A DNA stretch of 64,000 nt from an uncultured bacterium (GCA_963705505.1 CAVPJU010000003.1:96001-160000), one strand, 5' to 3'; shown: positions 18,938 to 30,608, numbered from the stretch's first letter. Program-made: numbers and translations. The notes: generated from the letters alone by a model not told the origin.

Positions 18938-20691
18938 TCCTGACCTCCCAAGATTTGTTTGAATGAATGCACGTCAGGCGGAGGGTTCGTAGTCCCGGGC
19001 GGTGTAACGTCCGGGGCCTCCGGCTCCGCGACACGCCCTCCGGCGAGTATAAAGCTGAAATCGGTCCCCGCCTCCTGCGCTGCACCGTGACAGCCCATAC
19101 ATCCGCCCATGTTAAAGGTGCTCTGCAGATTCCCCTCGTTATCGAAACTAAGCACATTCTGGTAGGTGAGTCTGTCCGGATCGAAGTTGTTGAAGTTAGG
19201 GGGCAGATTTGTAGGCGGTCCCCCGTCAGCCGGCATATCGAAGTAGATGCGTCCGCCGAAATTCTGGAGAGAATAATCCGTTTCAATCACAATGTTGTTC
19301 GTATAATAGACAGCGTCACCGAAGTTGCTGTCGGGGTCGGTATCGTTCACGCGCGTAATATCGAAAGGCACCCATTGCACGTTCGTAAGCCTGTAATTGA
19401 GCCATACGGAAGGTTCGATGCCGTTTGAAACACCGTATTCCGCGATGACATCGTGCGCCAGTCTGTTGATTTCAACCACTGTCGGGGGGATCGTATGGTC
19501 GCGCTCATTCACGCATATATCGCCGCCTGAGGGCAACCCGCCGTTTGCGGCAATTTCGTGATAATAGAGCCTGTCGCCTATATTTTCACAGTATTGATCC
19601 CCCACTATGTCGAGCATAGGAGGGTTTCCGTCCGTATAGGTGAGGGCAGGCGTGGTCTTGGCGGGAGCGGGATTGATTATTTCGCCGTTCTCATTTTCCA
19701 CAGGCGCTCCGTCCGGCGTGAGGAGGTTATCCGTCTGCTCGAATGTAGCGTATATCCACCACGGGGCGGAGGGGGTCTTATGTATTATATGGAGTCCTAT
19801 GAGCCCCCATACAGCTTCCCTGTAGCACGCCTGGTTCGGGTCCTGGCTGTCCTGCTCGTAATACCTGACCCTGGTCTGGTAAAACCTGCCGCTGTCTTTC
19901 TCAGCCGGGGTCAACTCGCGGAAAGCCGCCTTTACCTCGATCGTGCCCGGAGGGAAACTGATTACAGGACCCTGAAGCTGCGACGGGTCTCCGTTGCCGT
20001 TTGCAACCTGCTGAAAATTCTGCGCCAGGTCCCAGTAAGGCTCATCCGACGGCGCGGGTGTGTGGCTGAATAAGGACGTAACCGGATCGACGACATAGAC
20101 GTACTCCCCGAGGTTGCCCTTCGCAAGGAAGCGGACAAGCTTGGGGTCGTCGTTAGACGCCGAATTGTCCGGAGCCGATCCGGCGAACATGCTGGCAAGA
20201 CCGATTTGAGAAATCTCATCCAGATTTACCCAGGCGGGCTCCGCCGCAGGGGTTTGTCCTTCACACGGCTCTACTTCCCCGTCAGCATATACATATTTCG
20301 GAGGGACATCGTTATACCCGAAGCTCTGTGCGGGATCGTTTACAAAACCGTGAGGGTTGCCCTTTCCGGGATATATCTCCACTTTCCCCCTGTATGTCTG
20401 CCACACCAATGGTCCGGTAAAATTCGGGTCGCCGAACAACTCGTTCTCATCGGGGGTATCCCGCGTCCCCCCGAGCGCAGGCCAGCTGAGGGCAATGAAC
20501 TCCTGCCATGCGAAAATGGAGGAACTCCTCAGATCGGCATTGGGAGCACCGCCTTTGATGTCGGAGGGAACCTCGGAAATAATCCGGATGACAGATTCAC
20601 TCTGATTACTATTGTCGCAACCGCCTAAGCTCCCGAAAACAATGAATATAATTACAGCGCAAAATAGAATCATCTTTCCCGAAATGTTCAT
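18934..20691 (-). CDS. Large hypothetical lipoprotein with a single C-terminal c-type heme motif
   Basis: GSLGGC lipobox-like signal; CMGCH near the C-terminus; ATGA overlap with the downstream gene. Confidence 0.75.
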   Translation of the reverse strand: MNISGKMILFCAVIIFIVFGSLGGCDNSNQSESVIRIISEVPSDIKGGAPNADLRSSSIFAWQEFIALSWPALGGTRDTPDENELFGDPNFTGPLVWQTYRGKVEIYPGKGNPHGFVNDPAQSFGYNDVPPKYVYADGEVEPCEGQTPAAEPAWVNLDEISQIGLASMFAGSAPDNSASNDDPKLVRFLAKGNLGEYVYVVDPVTSLFSHTPAPSDEPYWDLAQNFQQVANGNGDPSQLQGPVISFPPGTIEVKAAFRELTPAEKDSGRFYQTRVRYYEQDSQDPNQACYREAVWGLIGLHIIHKTPSAPWWIYATFEQTDNLLTPDGAPVENENGEIINPAPAKTTPALTYTDGNPPMLDIVGDQYCENIGDRLYYHEIAANGGLPSGGDICVNERDHTIPPTVVEINRLAHDVIAEYGVSNGIEPSVWLNYRLTNVQWVPFDITRVNDTDPDSNFGDAVYYTNNIVIETDYSLQNFGGRIYFDMPADGGPPTNLPPNFNNFDPDRLTYQNVLSFDNEGNLQSTFNMGGCMGCHGAAQEAGTDFSFILAGGRVAEPEAPDVTPPGTTNPPPDVHSFKQILGGQE

Positions 20692-20928
20692 CTTTCACTC
20701 CTTTAAAGATTTTATGAATTTTTTATGCTCATATACATAGATTTATGAGGAAGTATAGTGACGTTTTTTTCTCGGAACCAAATTATTTTTAGAGCCTATA
20801 ATCTTAAGATTCGGCAATTTCCATCCGTTTATCCCGACTCGTGTACCGGGCGCAGGCTCGAGAAAAGAGGTTCCCCATCCGGTTCCGTAAACATTGTTAC
20901 GGCATGAACAGATGATAGAATTACGCTC

Positions 20929-21580
20929 ATGGTCAGCGTTCAGGTTATCGACGAATTAAAATCGGAATATTCGCGCAGGAAAGATTCGATCAAGACGCAG
21001 CTCGACGAGTTTAAGAAAACCCGCGAGGATGCCGACGACAGGAGGATATTCGAGGAGCTCGCCTTCTGCATCCTGACGTCCGCGGTGGGGCCGAGGGTCG
21101 GACTCAAGTCTCTCGAAGCGATTAAAGATATTCTTCTCGACAGCGGCGAGGAGGGGATCGAAGGGAGACTCAAAGGGAATCCACAAGTACCCCGAAAAAG
21201 CATATTACATAGTCCACACGCGGGACTATCTCAGAAACGAATACGGTCTTAAGCTCCGGGACCTCGTCGACTCGTTTAAAGACCCGGAGGAAAGGAGAGA
21301 CTTTTTCGCTCTGAATAAAAATATCAAGGGCCTCGGATTCACTCAGGCGAGCCACTTTCTGAGAAACATAGGCTTCACCGGATATGCGATACTCGATAAA
21401 AACGTGGTCAGATCGCTTTATGACCTGGGAGTTCTAGACTCGCCGAAGCCGCCTACGACAAAAAAGAAATACATTGAGATAGAGAATAGAATGAAATCAT
21501 TAGCCGGCGAGCTCGGAATGGATGTGGAAGAGCTGGACATGCTCCTCTGGAGTATGAAGACAGGGAGAATCCCGGTTTGA
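20929..21580 (+). CDS. ogg: 8-oxoguanine DNA glycosylase/AP lyase (Thermotoga/archaeal type), with apparent +1 frameshift near 21176
   Basis: FEELAFCILT; after the shift, KNIKGLGFTQASHFLRNIGFTGYAILDK (HhH) and ELDMLLW; TGA at 21578-21580. Confidence 0.8.
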
Positions 21581-21612
21581 CTACGGGACTATTCATCCAG
21601 GGAGCGAATCAT

Positions 21613-22281
21613 TTAAGGCCCGAGCTCAATGAATACCTCAGCGTACTCCATTATGCTGACCCCTGAAGTCTCATCGAACACGGCTCTATACCTGTTGAGC
21701 CCCGCCATCCCCTCTGTGTAGTTCTTGTACTCGGTCTGGCTCCTGTGGGCGTCTATCGCGGCTGACTTTATATGCATATGAAGCGATATGTCTTCTATCC
21801 TGTCGTAGGCAGGGAAAGGGGTCCAGACCTCGTAGCACCAGATTTTAAAGGAAGGGGAAAGAACGCCCGAAGGCAGGGCCCTCACCGTCTCAAGCGCTAT
21901 GGAGGACACAGCCCTGTGAGTCGGGTGTTTGTCGATTTCGGGATGAGGCATATAGATTTCATCGGGCTTGAACCTCTTCAAAGCTCCGCTCAGCTCGGAT
22001 TTATATTGTTTCCGATTCTCCTCGCTATTCACATCCGTAAGCCTCAAAAGTATAAGGTATTCGACACCCAGGATGCCGACCGCTTCCCTGACCTCGGACT
22101 CCCTCAGCTCCGCGACTTCATCCTCGCTGAGACCGTAAATGCTCGTACTCCTCCTGCCGTCCGTGACGACAAGAGACACGAGGTTCACTCCGCTGTCGGC
22201 GAGCTTGGCAGCAGTACCGCCCATGCCTATTTCCAGATCGTCGGGGTGGGGGGATATTACAATGACGTTCCTTTCCGGCAT
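21613..22281 (-). CDS. PIG-L/LmbE family N-acetyl deacetylase
   Basis: [27 protein letters not shown]. Confidence 0.88.
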   Translation of the reverse strand: MPERNVIVISPHPDDLEIGMGGTAAKLADSGVNLVSLVVTDGRRSTSIYGLSEDEVAELRESEVREAVGILGVEYLILLRLTDVNSEENRKQYKSELSGALKRFKPDEIYMPHPEIDKHPTHRAVSSIALETVRALPSGVLSPSFKIWCYEVWTPFPAYDRIEDISLHMHIKSAAIDAHRSQTEYKNYTEGMAGLNRYRAVFDETSGVSIMEYAEVFIELGP

Positions 22282-22351
22282 GGTCTTAGTATTCCTTGAC
22301 AATTCCCTCTTATCAATCACCATTAATTTAACTGAAAGGAGATTTAAGGAA

Positions 22352-23779
22352 ATGGAATACGAACCGGTTATAGGGCTTGAGGTTCACGCCCAGCTCGAGA
22401 CTAAATCAAAAATATTTTCACCTGCTTCCACGGAATTCGGCGCCCCGCCCAACTCTCAGGTGAACCCCATATGCCTCGGAATGCCGGGCGTCCTCCCTGT
22501 TCTCAACAGGAAAGCGCTCGAGTACGCCCTCAAAGCCGCTCTCGCCCTTAACTGCGAGATACACGCCCGCTCCCGTTTCGCCCGGAAGAACTACTTTTAC
22601 CCCGACCTCCCGAAGGGCTATCAAATCTCGCAGTACGAAGAGCCGTTTTCGACGATGGGATGGCTCGAGATCGGCGGAAACGGGTCTGCAAAAAAGATAA
22701 GGATAACAAGGATACACATGGAAGAGGACGCCGGGAAGCTGATACACGAGAACACCGGAAGCTCGAGCTACGTCGATCTCAACCGCGCAGGGGTCCCGCT
22801 CATTGAAATCGTAAGCGAGCCCGAGATATCGAGCGCCGAAGAAGCAGTGCTCTATCTTAAGAAGCTCCGCTCCATCCTGAGATATATAGGTGTTTGCGAC
22901 GGCAACATGGAGGAAGGGAGCCTGAGGTGCGACGCGAACGTGTCCGTCCGCCCGAAGGGGAGTAAAACGCTCGGCACGAAAGTCGAGATAAAAAACGTCA
23001 ATTCGTTCAAGTTCATACATAAAGCCATAGAATACGAGATAAGGAGGCAGGTTTCGGTCGTCGAGAGCGGCGGAAAGGTAGTACAGGAAACGAGACTCTT
23101 CGACGCGAACAAGGGAGTCACGTTCTCGATGAGGACGAAGGAGGAAGCGCACGACTACAGGTATTTCCCCGACCCCGATTTGCTCCCGGTCGTCATTGAG
23201 AAGGAAATGATCGAAGAGCTGAGGGCGTCACTCCCCGAATTGCCGGATCAAAGACTCAAAAGATTTACCGAAGAGTACGGGCTCCCGCAATACGATGCGG
23301 TCGTGCTTACCGCGTCAAAGGAGATCGCGGACTACTTCGAAGAATGCCTCAAGGATTACAACAACCCCAAGGCCGTGAGCAACTGGATAATGACAGAGGT
23401 GATGAGGGAGATGAAGGACGAGGAAGATTCCGGGGAGATCCCTGTCAGTCCCCGGAATCTCTCCGAGCTTCTCCGGCTGATCGATGACGGGACAATAAGC
23501 GGGAAGATCGCCAAGGATGTCTTTCTCGACATGGTTTCGACCGGCAAGACAGCAAAGGAGATCGTCGAGGAAAAGGGTATAAAGCAGATATCCGACAGGG
23601 GCGAGCTCGAAACTATAATAGCCGGGATATTGAAGAACCACCCCGGAGAAATCTCCAGATATAAGGCCGGGGACGAGAAGCTTATCTCGTTTTTCGTCGG
23701 CAAGGTCATGAAGGCGACTCAGGGGAAGGCAAACCCCAAGGTCGTGAACGAGATATTGATGGGAGAGCTCTCGAAATAA
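22352..23779 (+). CDS. gatB: Asp/Glu-tRNA amidotransferase subunit B
   Basis: [42 protein letters not shown]; purine-rich RBS before 22352. Confidence 0.97.
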   Translation: MEYEPVIGLEVHAQLETKSKIFSPASTEFGAPPNSQVNPICLGMPGVLPVLNRKALEYALKAALALNCEIHARSRFARKNYFYPDLPKGYQISQYEEPFSTMGWLEIGGNGSAKKIRITRIHMEEDAGKLIHENTGSSSYVDLNRAGVPLIEIVSEPEISSAEEAVLYLKKLRSILRYIGVCDGNMEEGSLRCDANVSVRPKGSKTLGTKVEIKNVNSFKFIHKAIEYEIRRQVSVVESGGKVVQETRLFDANKGVTFSMRTKEEAHDYRYFPDPDLLPVVIEKEMIEELRASLPELPDQRLKRFTEEYGLPQYDAVVLTASKEIADYFEECLKDYNNPKAVSNWIMTEVMREMKDEEDSGEIPVSPRNLSELLRLIDDGTISGKIAKDVFLDMVSTGKTAKEIVEEKGIKQISDRGELETIIAGILKNHPGEISRYKAGDEKLISFFVGKVMKATQGKANPKVVNEILMGELSK

Positions 23780-23828
23780 AGCGCTCCGGCTGATTCAGAA
23801 TTAGGTACCGCGATTTTCTTTAAGAGAC

Positions 23829-24953
23829 TCAGACTTTATATTTACTGAGCTCGAACATGAGATGCTTCAGATATTCCGAACCCGAACCTGCGACCTGCTT
23901 TTTGATGTTTTTCCATTCATCGATGGGAATTTTTACAAACACGCCGATAACTGCCGGATCGAACTGGGAGCCCGAAGCCTCGGCTATCATCTGCACGGCA
24001 TCCTCGAACGGAAGCGCCTTTCTGTACGTCCTTCTGGAGGTCATCGCGTCAAGGGCGTCCACCACTGAGAATACCCTCGAGCCGAGCGGTATCTCATCTC
24101 CGGAAAGCCCGGTCGGATACCCCTGACCGTCATACCTCTCATGATGCGTGTGCACTATCCTCGCCGATTCCTCGAGGAAGTCTATTTTCTTGAGGAGATC
24201 GTAACCGAATTGCGCGTGCTTCCTCATCAATTCCCACTCTTCGTCCGTAAGCTTGTCCGGTTTGAGGAGAATATTGTCAGGGACCCCGATCTTCCCGATA
24301 TCGTGGAGGAGAGCGCCCTTTGCTATTACCGATAACTCCTCGTCGCTCAGCTTCATGTGTTTTCCGAGATTAATGGCGTATTCGGTAACCCTGTAGGAGT
24401 GATAGCCCGTTTCGTGCTCCCTCAGGTCGAGTGCGAGTATCATGGCTTCGAGCGTTCCGGAATATAGACTCACGAGCTCCTGTGTTTGCTCCTCGACCCT
24501 CTTCTCGAGGTTCTTCTGATAATCCTTGTTCGCTTTTATGAGATACGCCCTTTCGAGGGCACGCTTTATGACCGCGTCGACATCGATCACGTTGAACGGC
24601 TTGAAAACGTAATCGTATGCGCCCTCTTTCAAAGCCGCCCTTACGTTTTCTATATCCCGTGACGCGGACACCATTATAATAGAGAGGTCGGGCGAGTGCA
24701 CTTTCAGCTTTTTCAGGGTCTCTATGCCGTTGAGCACCGGCATTTGAATGTCGAGGAGAACAACGTCGTAGTCGTTCATGCGGTAGAACTTCTCGAGGCA
24801 CTCAAGACCGTTCCTGGCGACGTCGCATTTATATCCCAGATCCTGGAGAGCTTCCACGAAAAGACTCCTTATAGCGTCCTCATCGTCCACTATAAGAATC
24901 TTCTTTTTGGCCGATCTCCCCGCATCCTGTGATATTTTTGTGGCCATTCCCAT
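23829..24953 (-). CDS. Response regulator with HD-GYP phosphodiesterase domain (RpfG-like)
   Basis: REC domain (LIVDDE, LLDIQMP, KPF), then LHDIGKIG and HHERYDGQGYP. Confidence 0.92.
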   Translation of the reverse strand: MGMATKISQDAGRSAKKKILIVDDEDAIRSLFVEALQDLGYKCDVARNGLECLEKFYRMNDYDVVLLDIQMPVLNGIETLKKLKVHSPDLSIIMVSASRDIENVRAALKEGAYDYVFKPFNVIDVDAVIKRALERAYLIKANKDYQKNLEKRVEEQTQELVSLYSGTLEAMILALDLREHETGYHSYRVTEYAINLGKHMKLSDEELSVIAKGALLHDIGKIGVPDNILLKPDKLTDEEWELMRKHAQFGYDLLKKIDFLEESARIVHTHHERYDGQGYPTGLSGDEIPLGSRVFSVVDALDAMTSRRTYRKALPFEDAVQMIAEASGSQFDPAVIGVFVKIPIDEWKNIKKQVAGSGSEYLKHLMFELSKYKV

Positions 24954-25159
24954 AATAACACTAATTGATACAGCCAGTGTCCCCTATTATCAAGCATTTT
25001 TTAATGCCGTATTTCGCCCTTTTCCGCGATTTGAGATGCAACAGAAGCACTGCCGAAACCCGTCGCCCGGATGGGTGTGCTTTCATTCCCCTTATACTAT
25101 AAATATACTGTAAAAAGTTTGACACGTGCATTTTTAGTATGTATTTTCCAACCGAATTT

Positions 25160-26284
25160 ATGAAAAAAGCGACTCTGGTAATCGAGGACGGTACTGTTTT
25201 CGAGGGTTTCAGCTTCGGCGCCGAAGGTGAAGCTTACGGGGAGGTCGTATTCAATACCTCCATAACCGGCTATCAGGAGATACTTACCGATCCCTCTTAC
25301 AACGGTCAGATAGTAACCATGACCTACCCGGAGATAGGGAACTACGGAGTCAACCCGGAGGACGTTGAATCGAGGAAGCCTTTCTTAAAGGGCTTCGTCG
25401 TTAAAGAATATTGGAGGGAGCCGTCCAACTGGCGCTCCCGCGGCAGTCTCGGCACCTATCTCTCGGATAACGGGGTCGTAGGGATCGAAGGTGTGGACAC
25501 AAGGTCCCTGACGAAGCTCATACGCTCCAAGGGGGCCCAGAAGGCCGTCATCTCGACTACGGACGCCGACCCCGACAGCTTATTGAAGAAGGTGCGCGCT
25601 TCTCAGGGGATAGTGGGGATCGACCTCGTGACGGAAGTGAGCTGCGATAACCCTTACACGTGGAGTGACGGAACAGGGGCCTGGAGACCGGACTCCGAAA
25701 AACTCCCGGGGGACGAGAACCGTTTCAGGGTTGTCGCCTACGACTACGGGCTCAAATACAATATCCTGCGAAAGCTCGTCGACCACGGATGCGATGTCTC
25801 GATCGTTCCTTCGAGAACGGCCCCCCACGAGATACTCTCCATGGAACCGGACGGAATATTCCTCTCGAACGGACCCGGCGATCCCGCCGCGGTAGCCTAC
25901 GCCGTGGAGAGCGTGAGGACTCTCATAGGAAAGAAGCCCATATTCGGCATCTGCCTCGGGCACCAGATATTGGGACTTGCGCTCGGCGGAAAGACGTACA
26001 AGCTGAAATTCGGACACAGGGGGGCCAATCAGCCCGTAAAGAACCTGAGAACGGGGAAGGTCGAGATCACTTCCCAGAACCACGGGTTCGCCGTCGATGC
26101 TGATAGTCTCGGAAGCGATGTGGAAGTGACTCATATCAACCTCAACGACAATACGGTAGAAGGGCTGAGACACAGGGAGCATCCGGTTTTTTCCGTTCAG
26201 TACCATCCGGAGGCATCGCCCGGCCCGCACGACTCGTCCTATCTGTTTCGGGAATTTATAAAATTAATGGAAGAAAACGGCTGA
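25160..26284 (+). CDS. carA: Carbamoyl-phosphate synthase small subunit
   Basis: [39 protein letters not shown]. Confidence 0.97.
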   Translation: MKKATLVIEDGTVFEGFSFGAEGEAYGEVVFNTSITGYQEILTDPSYNGQIVTMTYPEIGNYGVNPEDVESRKPFLKGFVVKEYWREPSNWRSRGSLGTYLSDNGVVGIEGVDTRSLTKLIRSKGAQKAVISTTDADPDSLLKKVRASQGIVGIDLVTEVSCDNPYTWSDGTGAWRPDSEKLPGDENRFRVVAYDYGLKYNILRKLVDHGCDVSIVPSRTAPHEILSMEPDGIFLSNGPGDPAAVAYAVESVRTLIGKKPIFGICLGHQILGLALGGKTYKLKFGHRGANQPVKNLRTGKVEITSQNHGFAVDADSLGSDVEVTHINLNDNTVEGLRHREHPVFSVQYHPEASPGPHDSSYLFREFIKLMEENG

Positions 26285-26293
26285 AAAACACCG

Positions 26294-26513
26294 TCCTTCG
26301 ACAGGCTCCCGACTTCGCTAAAGCTCGCCGGACAAGCAGGACGAACGGGTTAAAAGATGAGACCCTGAAACGAGTTCAGGGTGACGAATTAATTTTGAAG
26401 GTGACACCCCCACCCTTAACCCTCCCCCCTCAAGGGGGAGGGAAATTGTTGTAATCCTTCGACAGGCTCCCGACTTCGCTAAAGCTACGCCGGACAAGCA
26501 GGACGAACGGGTT
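26294..26513. repeat. Composite REP-like palindrome cluster between convergent genes
   Basis: 58/59-bp direct repeats (26294-26351, 26455-26513, one indel) flanking hairpins ACCCTGAA-N5-TTCAGGGT (26362-26382) and CCCTCCCCC-N5-GGGGGAGGG (26420-26442). Confidence 0.8.
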
Positions 26514-26602
26514 GGGTTACGCTACTGGTTTGGGCAACGGAGGCGGGTAGGATCGTAGAAATACACTATGTGTGTGCGGATGCAGGTTCTTGCGCCCTTT
26601 AT

Positions 26603-28207
26603 TCAGGCCGCCCTTTGCTCAAGAACGTCCCGGGCAAGCTTCTCGGCCTTATCTATTCCGTCTACCGACTCACCGGAAATTATCTTCAGGGCTTCCTCCC
26701 CGATCTCGAGAGTGACATCGAAGTTCTTCCTCTTATTTTTCTCGAACTCGGCCAGCGGGGAAATTACGTTGTCTATAAACCTCACGAAAGCGCTCATCGT
26801 CCTCCTCCTGACCTTGCCGTATCCCTTTACCATGGCCGCGCTCTTTGCGACGAGACATCCGAGCCTGTAATCGAGCGATGTATAGTATCTTATGGAGTCC
26901 CTGTATTTCTTTATCAATGCGTGCTCTTTCTTATACCGGTAAGAGTGGGGCCTCATGAATTTCATCTTGGTTAAAAACCAGAGCCTGACGAATCCTGAAA
27001 AAGACGTAGTCGTCGGGGTCTGTCCGAAAGTGAGCGGCTTTTTTCTCGGCCAAATCTTTTTAAAAATTCCCGATTCGGTGAAACGTACCGCCGGGGCCAC
27101 AAGAAAATACGGCAGGAGGCCGTATAGCTCTTCGGCATCGGGCTTCAGGTAATCGATAACCTTGAAAACCTGATCGTCCCTTAACCTCATCTCCTCCTTT
27201 ATCCTCTTGAACCTGTCCGATTTTATCTTGAGGTCGGCGACGCGTATCCCGTCTTCAAAGCTCATGAGCAATGCCAGGTTCTTTGCGAAAGACTCGGTGA
27301 GCTTGAACCCTCCTCCCTTCGATTTCTCGTCTATTTCATAAACAGCCCTGACGTCTTCGATATATGCATCCGCATATCGAGCGTTCTGGTATTCAAGGAG
27401 CCTGAATACCGACTCCGCCAGAATCTCCCTCAGATTGGGCGGGAACCCGGTCTCGAGCTTGGAAACCCTCCCCAGGTATTCCTCCCTGTCGTACTCCTCG
27501 AGCTTATCCGCCCTCTCCTGTACGAAGCTCTCCCACACGACTGCGGGCTTTTTGAGCTCGGGAAGCTTTTGAGCAGTCACGTATTCGTATCCGACTTCGA
27601 ACGCTCTTATACTCGTCTTTACCGAGACACCAACCTTCTCGACCGATTCAACGAACGATTCCTTCCTGAGCGGCAACACGCCCGAAGCGGAAACCGCTCC
27701 GAGGAGGATCGCGTTCACCGCAAGCTCGTCCATGCCGTTTTTCTTTGACAGCTCGAGGGCGTCGAGCCCTATGAACCTCGATGAGAACGAGGAAGCCAGC
27801 TTTCTCAGGTTCTCCTCCGAATATATGCCGCTCCCTATCGGCATCTTCTCGAGCGTCGAATATATCCTGTGAGTGCTCGTAACTATGGTCGTCTTGTCCG
27901 ACCCGTAGCCCAGCTGAAGCGCCCTGCCGAGCTCGAGGAATTCCTGTGAGATAATAACGTCAACCTCGCCGGGGACCGGAAATTGCGCGAATATAATCTG
28001 CCTGTTACCGGAGTCAGTCCTGGGGTGCGCCTCCAGGTAGTAAACCGTCGATCCTCCCCGCTGTGAGAGGCCCGGAAGGCTTATACCCTGGACGTCGTAG
28101 TCCTCGAGGAAAAAAGCCTGTACCAGCCATTCTGTAAGCACCCCCCCGCCCTGTCCGCCGACAGCAGGGATGAATATTTTTATTAAATCGCTCTTATTCT
28201 GCATCAT
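26603..28207 (-). CDS. iorB: Indolepyruvate:ferredoxin oxidoreductase beta-subunit family protein (long form)
   Basis: AVGGQGGGVL, PGLSQRGGSTVYYLE, long helical C-terminal extension with VKGYG. Confidence 0.8.
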   Translation of the reverse strand: MMQNKSDLIKIFIPAVGGQGGGVLTEWLVQAFFLEDYDVQGISLPGLSQRGGSTVYYLEAHPRTDSGNRQIIFAQFPVPGEVDVIISQEFLELGRALQLGYGSDKTTIVTSTHRIYSTLEKMPIGSGIYSEENLRKLASSFSSRFIGLDALELSKKNGMDELAVNAILLGAVSASGVLPLRKESFVESVEKVGVSVKTSIRAFEVGYEYVTAQKLPELKKPAVVWESFVQERADKLEEYDREEYLGRVSKLETGFPPNLREILAESVFRLLEYQNARYADAYIEDVRAVYEIDEKSKGGGFKLTESFAKNLALLMSFEDGIRVADLKIKSDRFKRIKEEMRLRDDQVFKVIDYLKPDAEELYGLLPYFLVAPAVRFTESGIFKKIWPRKKPLTFGQTPTTTSFSGFVRLWFLTKMKFMRPHSYRYKKEHALIKKYRDSIRYYTSLDYRLGCLVAKSAAMVKGYGKVRRRTMSAFVRFIDNVISPLAEFEKNKRKNFDVTLEIGEEALKIISGESVDGIDKAEKLARDVLEQRAA

Positions 28208-28380
28208 AAATCATGAAACGCTGTTTTCGAGACATAGTACAACAAATTCTATACCTTAAAAAGATAATGAAAAAACTTAAAAGTTCGTATTATGAGAGAA
28301 GCGAGAGGATAAATGGTCATATTCGGCATCCCTCCAAATCGGAACTTCTCATTAAGGAACCGGCACGCGGAGCGGCCTGT

Positions 28381-30510
28381 CTAACCGGACCAGCCGTTAC
28401 GTGAAATAAGATGAAGCAAAGACCTGTTTATCCTTGCTCCGACCCGGTCCAGCATCGATGGGTTATCGATGATCTCGACTTTGTAAAACGACGGGCACAG
28501 CACCGCAGCATGCGCTATCTCGCCGCAGAGTCCGCATCCCACACATGAATGCTCTATGTGCGCCACGGGGTCGTCGCGGAGTATCGTGGGGCTGTCCTTA
28601 AGCGTCAGCGACGGGCATCCGTTAAACCTCATGCATGAGTGGTCGCCTGTGCATACCTCGGGGTCGACCCCGAGTTTTGTCTGCACCATGCGCTTTCCGT
28701 CTTTAATATTCTTTTTTAGAACGATCTTTTCTTTTCTGGTCTTTTCAAGCTGGCACTCTCCCCTCGAAATAATCACTCTCAGCCCCTCGTCCTCTTCATA
28801 GGCTTCACTCAGCACTTCAAGGGATTCCTTCAGATCATAAGGGTTCACCGTTTTGATCCACCTGACCCCTGCACCCCTGAGCGCCTTCTCTATGTCCATA
28901 CCGACGCCTTCCTGCCTCATATTCTTGCCGGAGGCGGGGTTCTCGTGGTGCCCCGTCATGGAGGTCCAGAAGTTCTCGAGGATTATCAGGACGGCGTTCT
29001 GGTTGTTATACACAGCGTTCGCGATACTGGTCGTGAGACCGCTGTGCCAGAAAGTCCCGTCACCCATGAAAGATATGACCCTCTTGTTCGCCATCCTCGA
29101 CAGCGCGCCCGCGGAAGCAAGCCCTATGCCCATGCCCGTGATCGAGTTGCTGAGGTCAAACGGAGGGAGCCCGCTCATCGAATAACATCCTATATCGGAG
29201 GCGTAATATGACCTCCCGTAATCCTCCTCGAGTATCTTGATCGCTGTGAAGATCGGCCTCTCGGGACACCCGGTACAGAAGACCGGGTTCCTCTTGGTAA
29301 CGGGCTGCTTTAAAAAGTTCTGAGCCCTTTCCTTGTGCTTCTCGGTGAATTCGCTCCTTTCCTTTATCCTCTCCTTCTCGTAACTTGAGAACGTATTCTT
29401 AAGGAGGAACTGCCCTACGCCCTTTGCGATGTGGTCAGGGGTATATTCCCCCGCCTGGGGGAGTATGTCCTTTCCGAATATATCGAGACCGAGCTTGGCC
29501 CGCTGAGCGATAGCCCGTATATGTTCTTCTATGAGATTAGGCATTCCCTCTTCGACTATAAGCACGGCTTTCTTATCGCGGAGGAAGAGTATTATCTCCT
29601 CGGGCACGAGCGGGTTCGTAACGTTCAAGTTCAGTATCGGCACCCTGCACTCCCCGTAGAGGCTCGCCTCGCCCAAGTTGTAGAGGCATCTCATGAGCGA
29701 GTTATATATCATCCCGTGCGTGATTATCCCCATGCTGCTCTCGGTGCCTTCGAAGAACTCGTTCAGCTTCCTCTCGAGTATGAACCTCCTCGCAGCGGGT
29801 ATCCTCTCGTGATATTTCTTCTTCTCGTGGTCGAAAGTGAAAGGAGGCAGGGGAATCTTGTCGAGATCGGTAATGAGGTCGTCAAGACGGTTATTCATGC
29901 TAATCCTGGGGTCCTTGTTGTCCCGGCAGGTCATCTTGTTCATGATGTGGGCGACACGCGTGGACAATAAGAACATAACGGGCATGTTCGAATGCTCCGA
30001 AAGCTCGAACCCGGCCTCGATCATATTAGCGACGTGCTCGAGGTCACCCCTCGGATCTATCACTGCCATCGTTGACTTAAGCGCGAAAGGGAGAGCCCTT
30101 TCGGCGACGCACGTGCTGTCGCAGCCGTAATCCTCCCCTACTATTATCAGCGCCCCCCCGGTCACGCCCGAGGACGATATATGGGAAAGCGCGTCAGAAG
30201 CGACGTTCGTACCGACGATCTTCCAGTTTACAGAACCGCGTATCGGATAGCTTATGGACGCGGAAAGGAGGGAAGCGGCCGAGGCTTCGTTGCCGGAACA
30301 GTCGAAGTATATTCCCTTTTTTTTGAGAACCGGTTCGTATGCGTCGGAGATGACATCGATGAGTCTGGCCGTAGGCGAGCCGGGATAGCCTCCCAGATAA
30401 CTCACGCCCGACTGGAGAAAAGCCTTTAGTATTGCAAGCGGCGTATCCCCGAAAAGCGTCTTCCCTTCCCCGTAATTCAATTGCTCGAGCAGTTCTTTCG
30501 AGTAACCCAT
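28381..30510 (-). CDS. iorA: Indolepyruvate:ferredoxin oxidoreductase alpha subunit
   Basis: GGYPGSP, FCTGCPER, DIGC, TPP motif MGDGTFWHSG...N, C-terminal ferredoxin Cys motifs (CVGCGLC). Confidence 0.88.
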   Translation of the reverse strand: MGYSKELLEQLNYGEGKTLFGDTPLAILKAFLQSGVSYLGGYPGSPTARLIDVISDAYEPVLKKKGIYFDCSGNEASAASLLSASISYPIRGSVNWKIVGTNVASDALSHISSSGVTGGALIIVGEDYGCDSTCVAERALPFALKSTMAVIDPRGDLEHVANMIEAGFELSEHSNMPVMFLLSTRVAHIMNKMTCRDNKDPRISMNNRLDDLITDLDKIPLPPFTFDHEKKKYHERIPAARRFILERKLNEFFEGTESSMGIITHGMIYNSLMRCLYNLGEASLYGECRVPILNLNVTNPLVPEEIILFLRDKKAVLIVEEGMPNLIEEHIRAIAQRAKLGLDIFGKDILPQAGEYTPDHIAKGVGQFLLKNTFSSYEKERIKERSEFTEKHKERAQNFLKQPVTKRNPVFCTGCPERPIFTAIKILEEDYGRSYYASDIGCYSMSGLPPFDLSNSITGMGIGLASAGALSRMANKRVISFMGDGTFWHSGLTTSIANAVYNNQNAVLIILENFWTSMTGHHENPASGKNMRQEGVGMDIEKALRGAGVRWIKTVNPYDLKESLEVLSEAYEEDEGLRVIISRGECQLEKTRKEKIVLKKNIKDGKRMVQTKLGVDPEVCTGDHSCMRFNGCPSLTLKDSPTILRDDPVAHIEHSCVGCGLCGEIAHAAVLCPSFYKVEIIDNPSMLDRVGARINRSLLHLISRNGWSG

Positions 30511-30608
30511 AACAACTCCCGCTCCGAAGCCATTTTAACAACCCGGACGTTATACTTTACCAGAAACGAGGCGGATATACCAGCGAAAAAGACCCGTTCA
30601 GGCACCGT

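Noticed and set aside
22139..22351. N-terminal extension of GatB
   Set aside because: Overlaps the divergent deacetylase; GatB homology and the RBS start at 22352.
26294..26513. Possible CRISPR array
   Set aside because: Only two 58/59-bp units separated by ~100 bp of other hairpins, and no cas genes; fits REP-like repeats.
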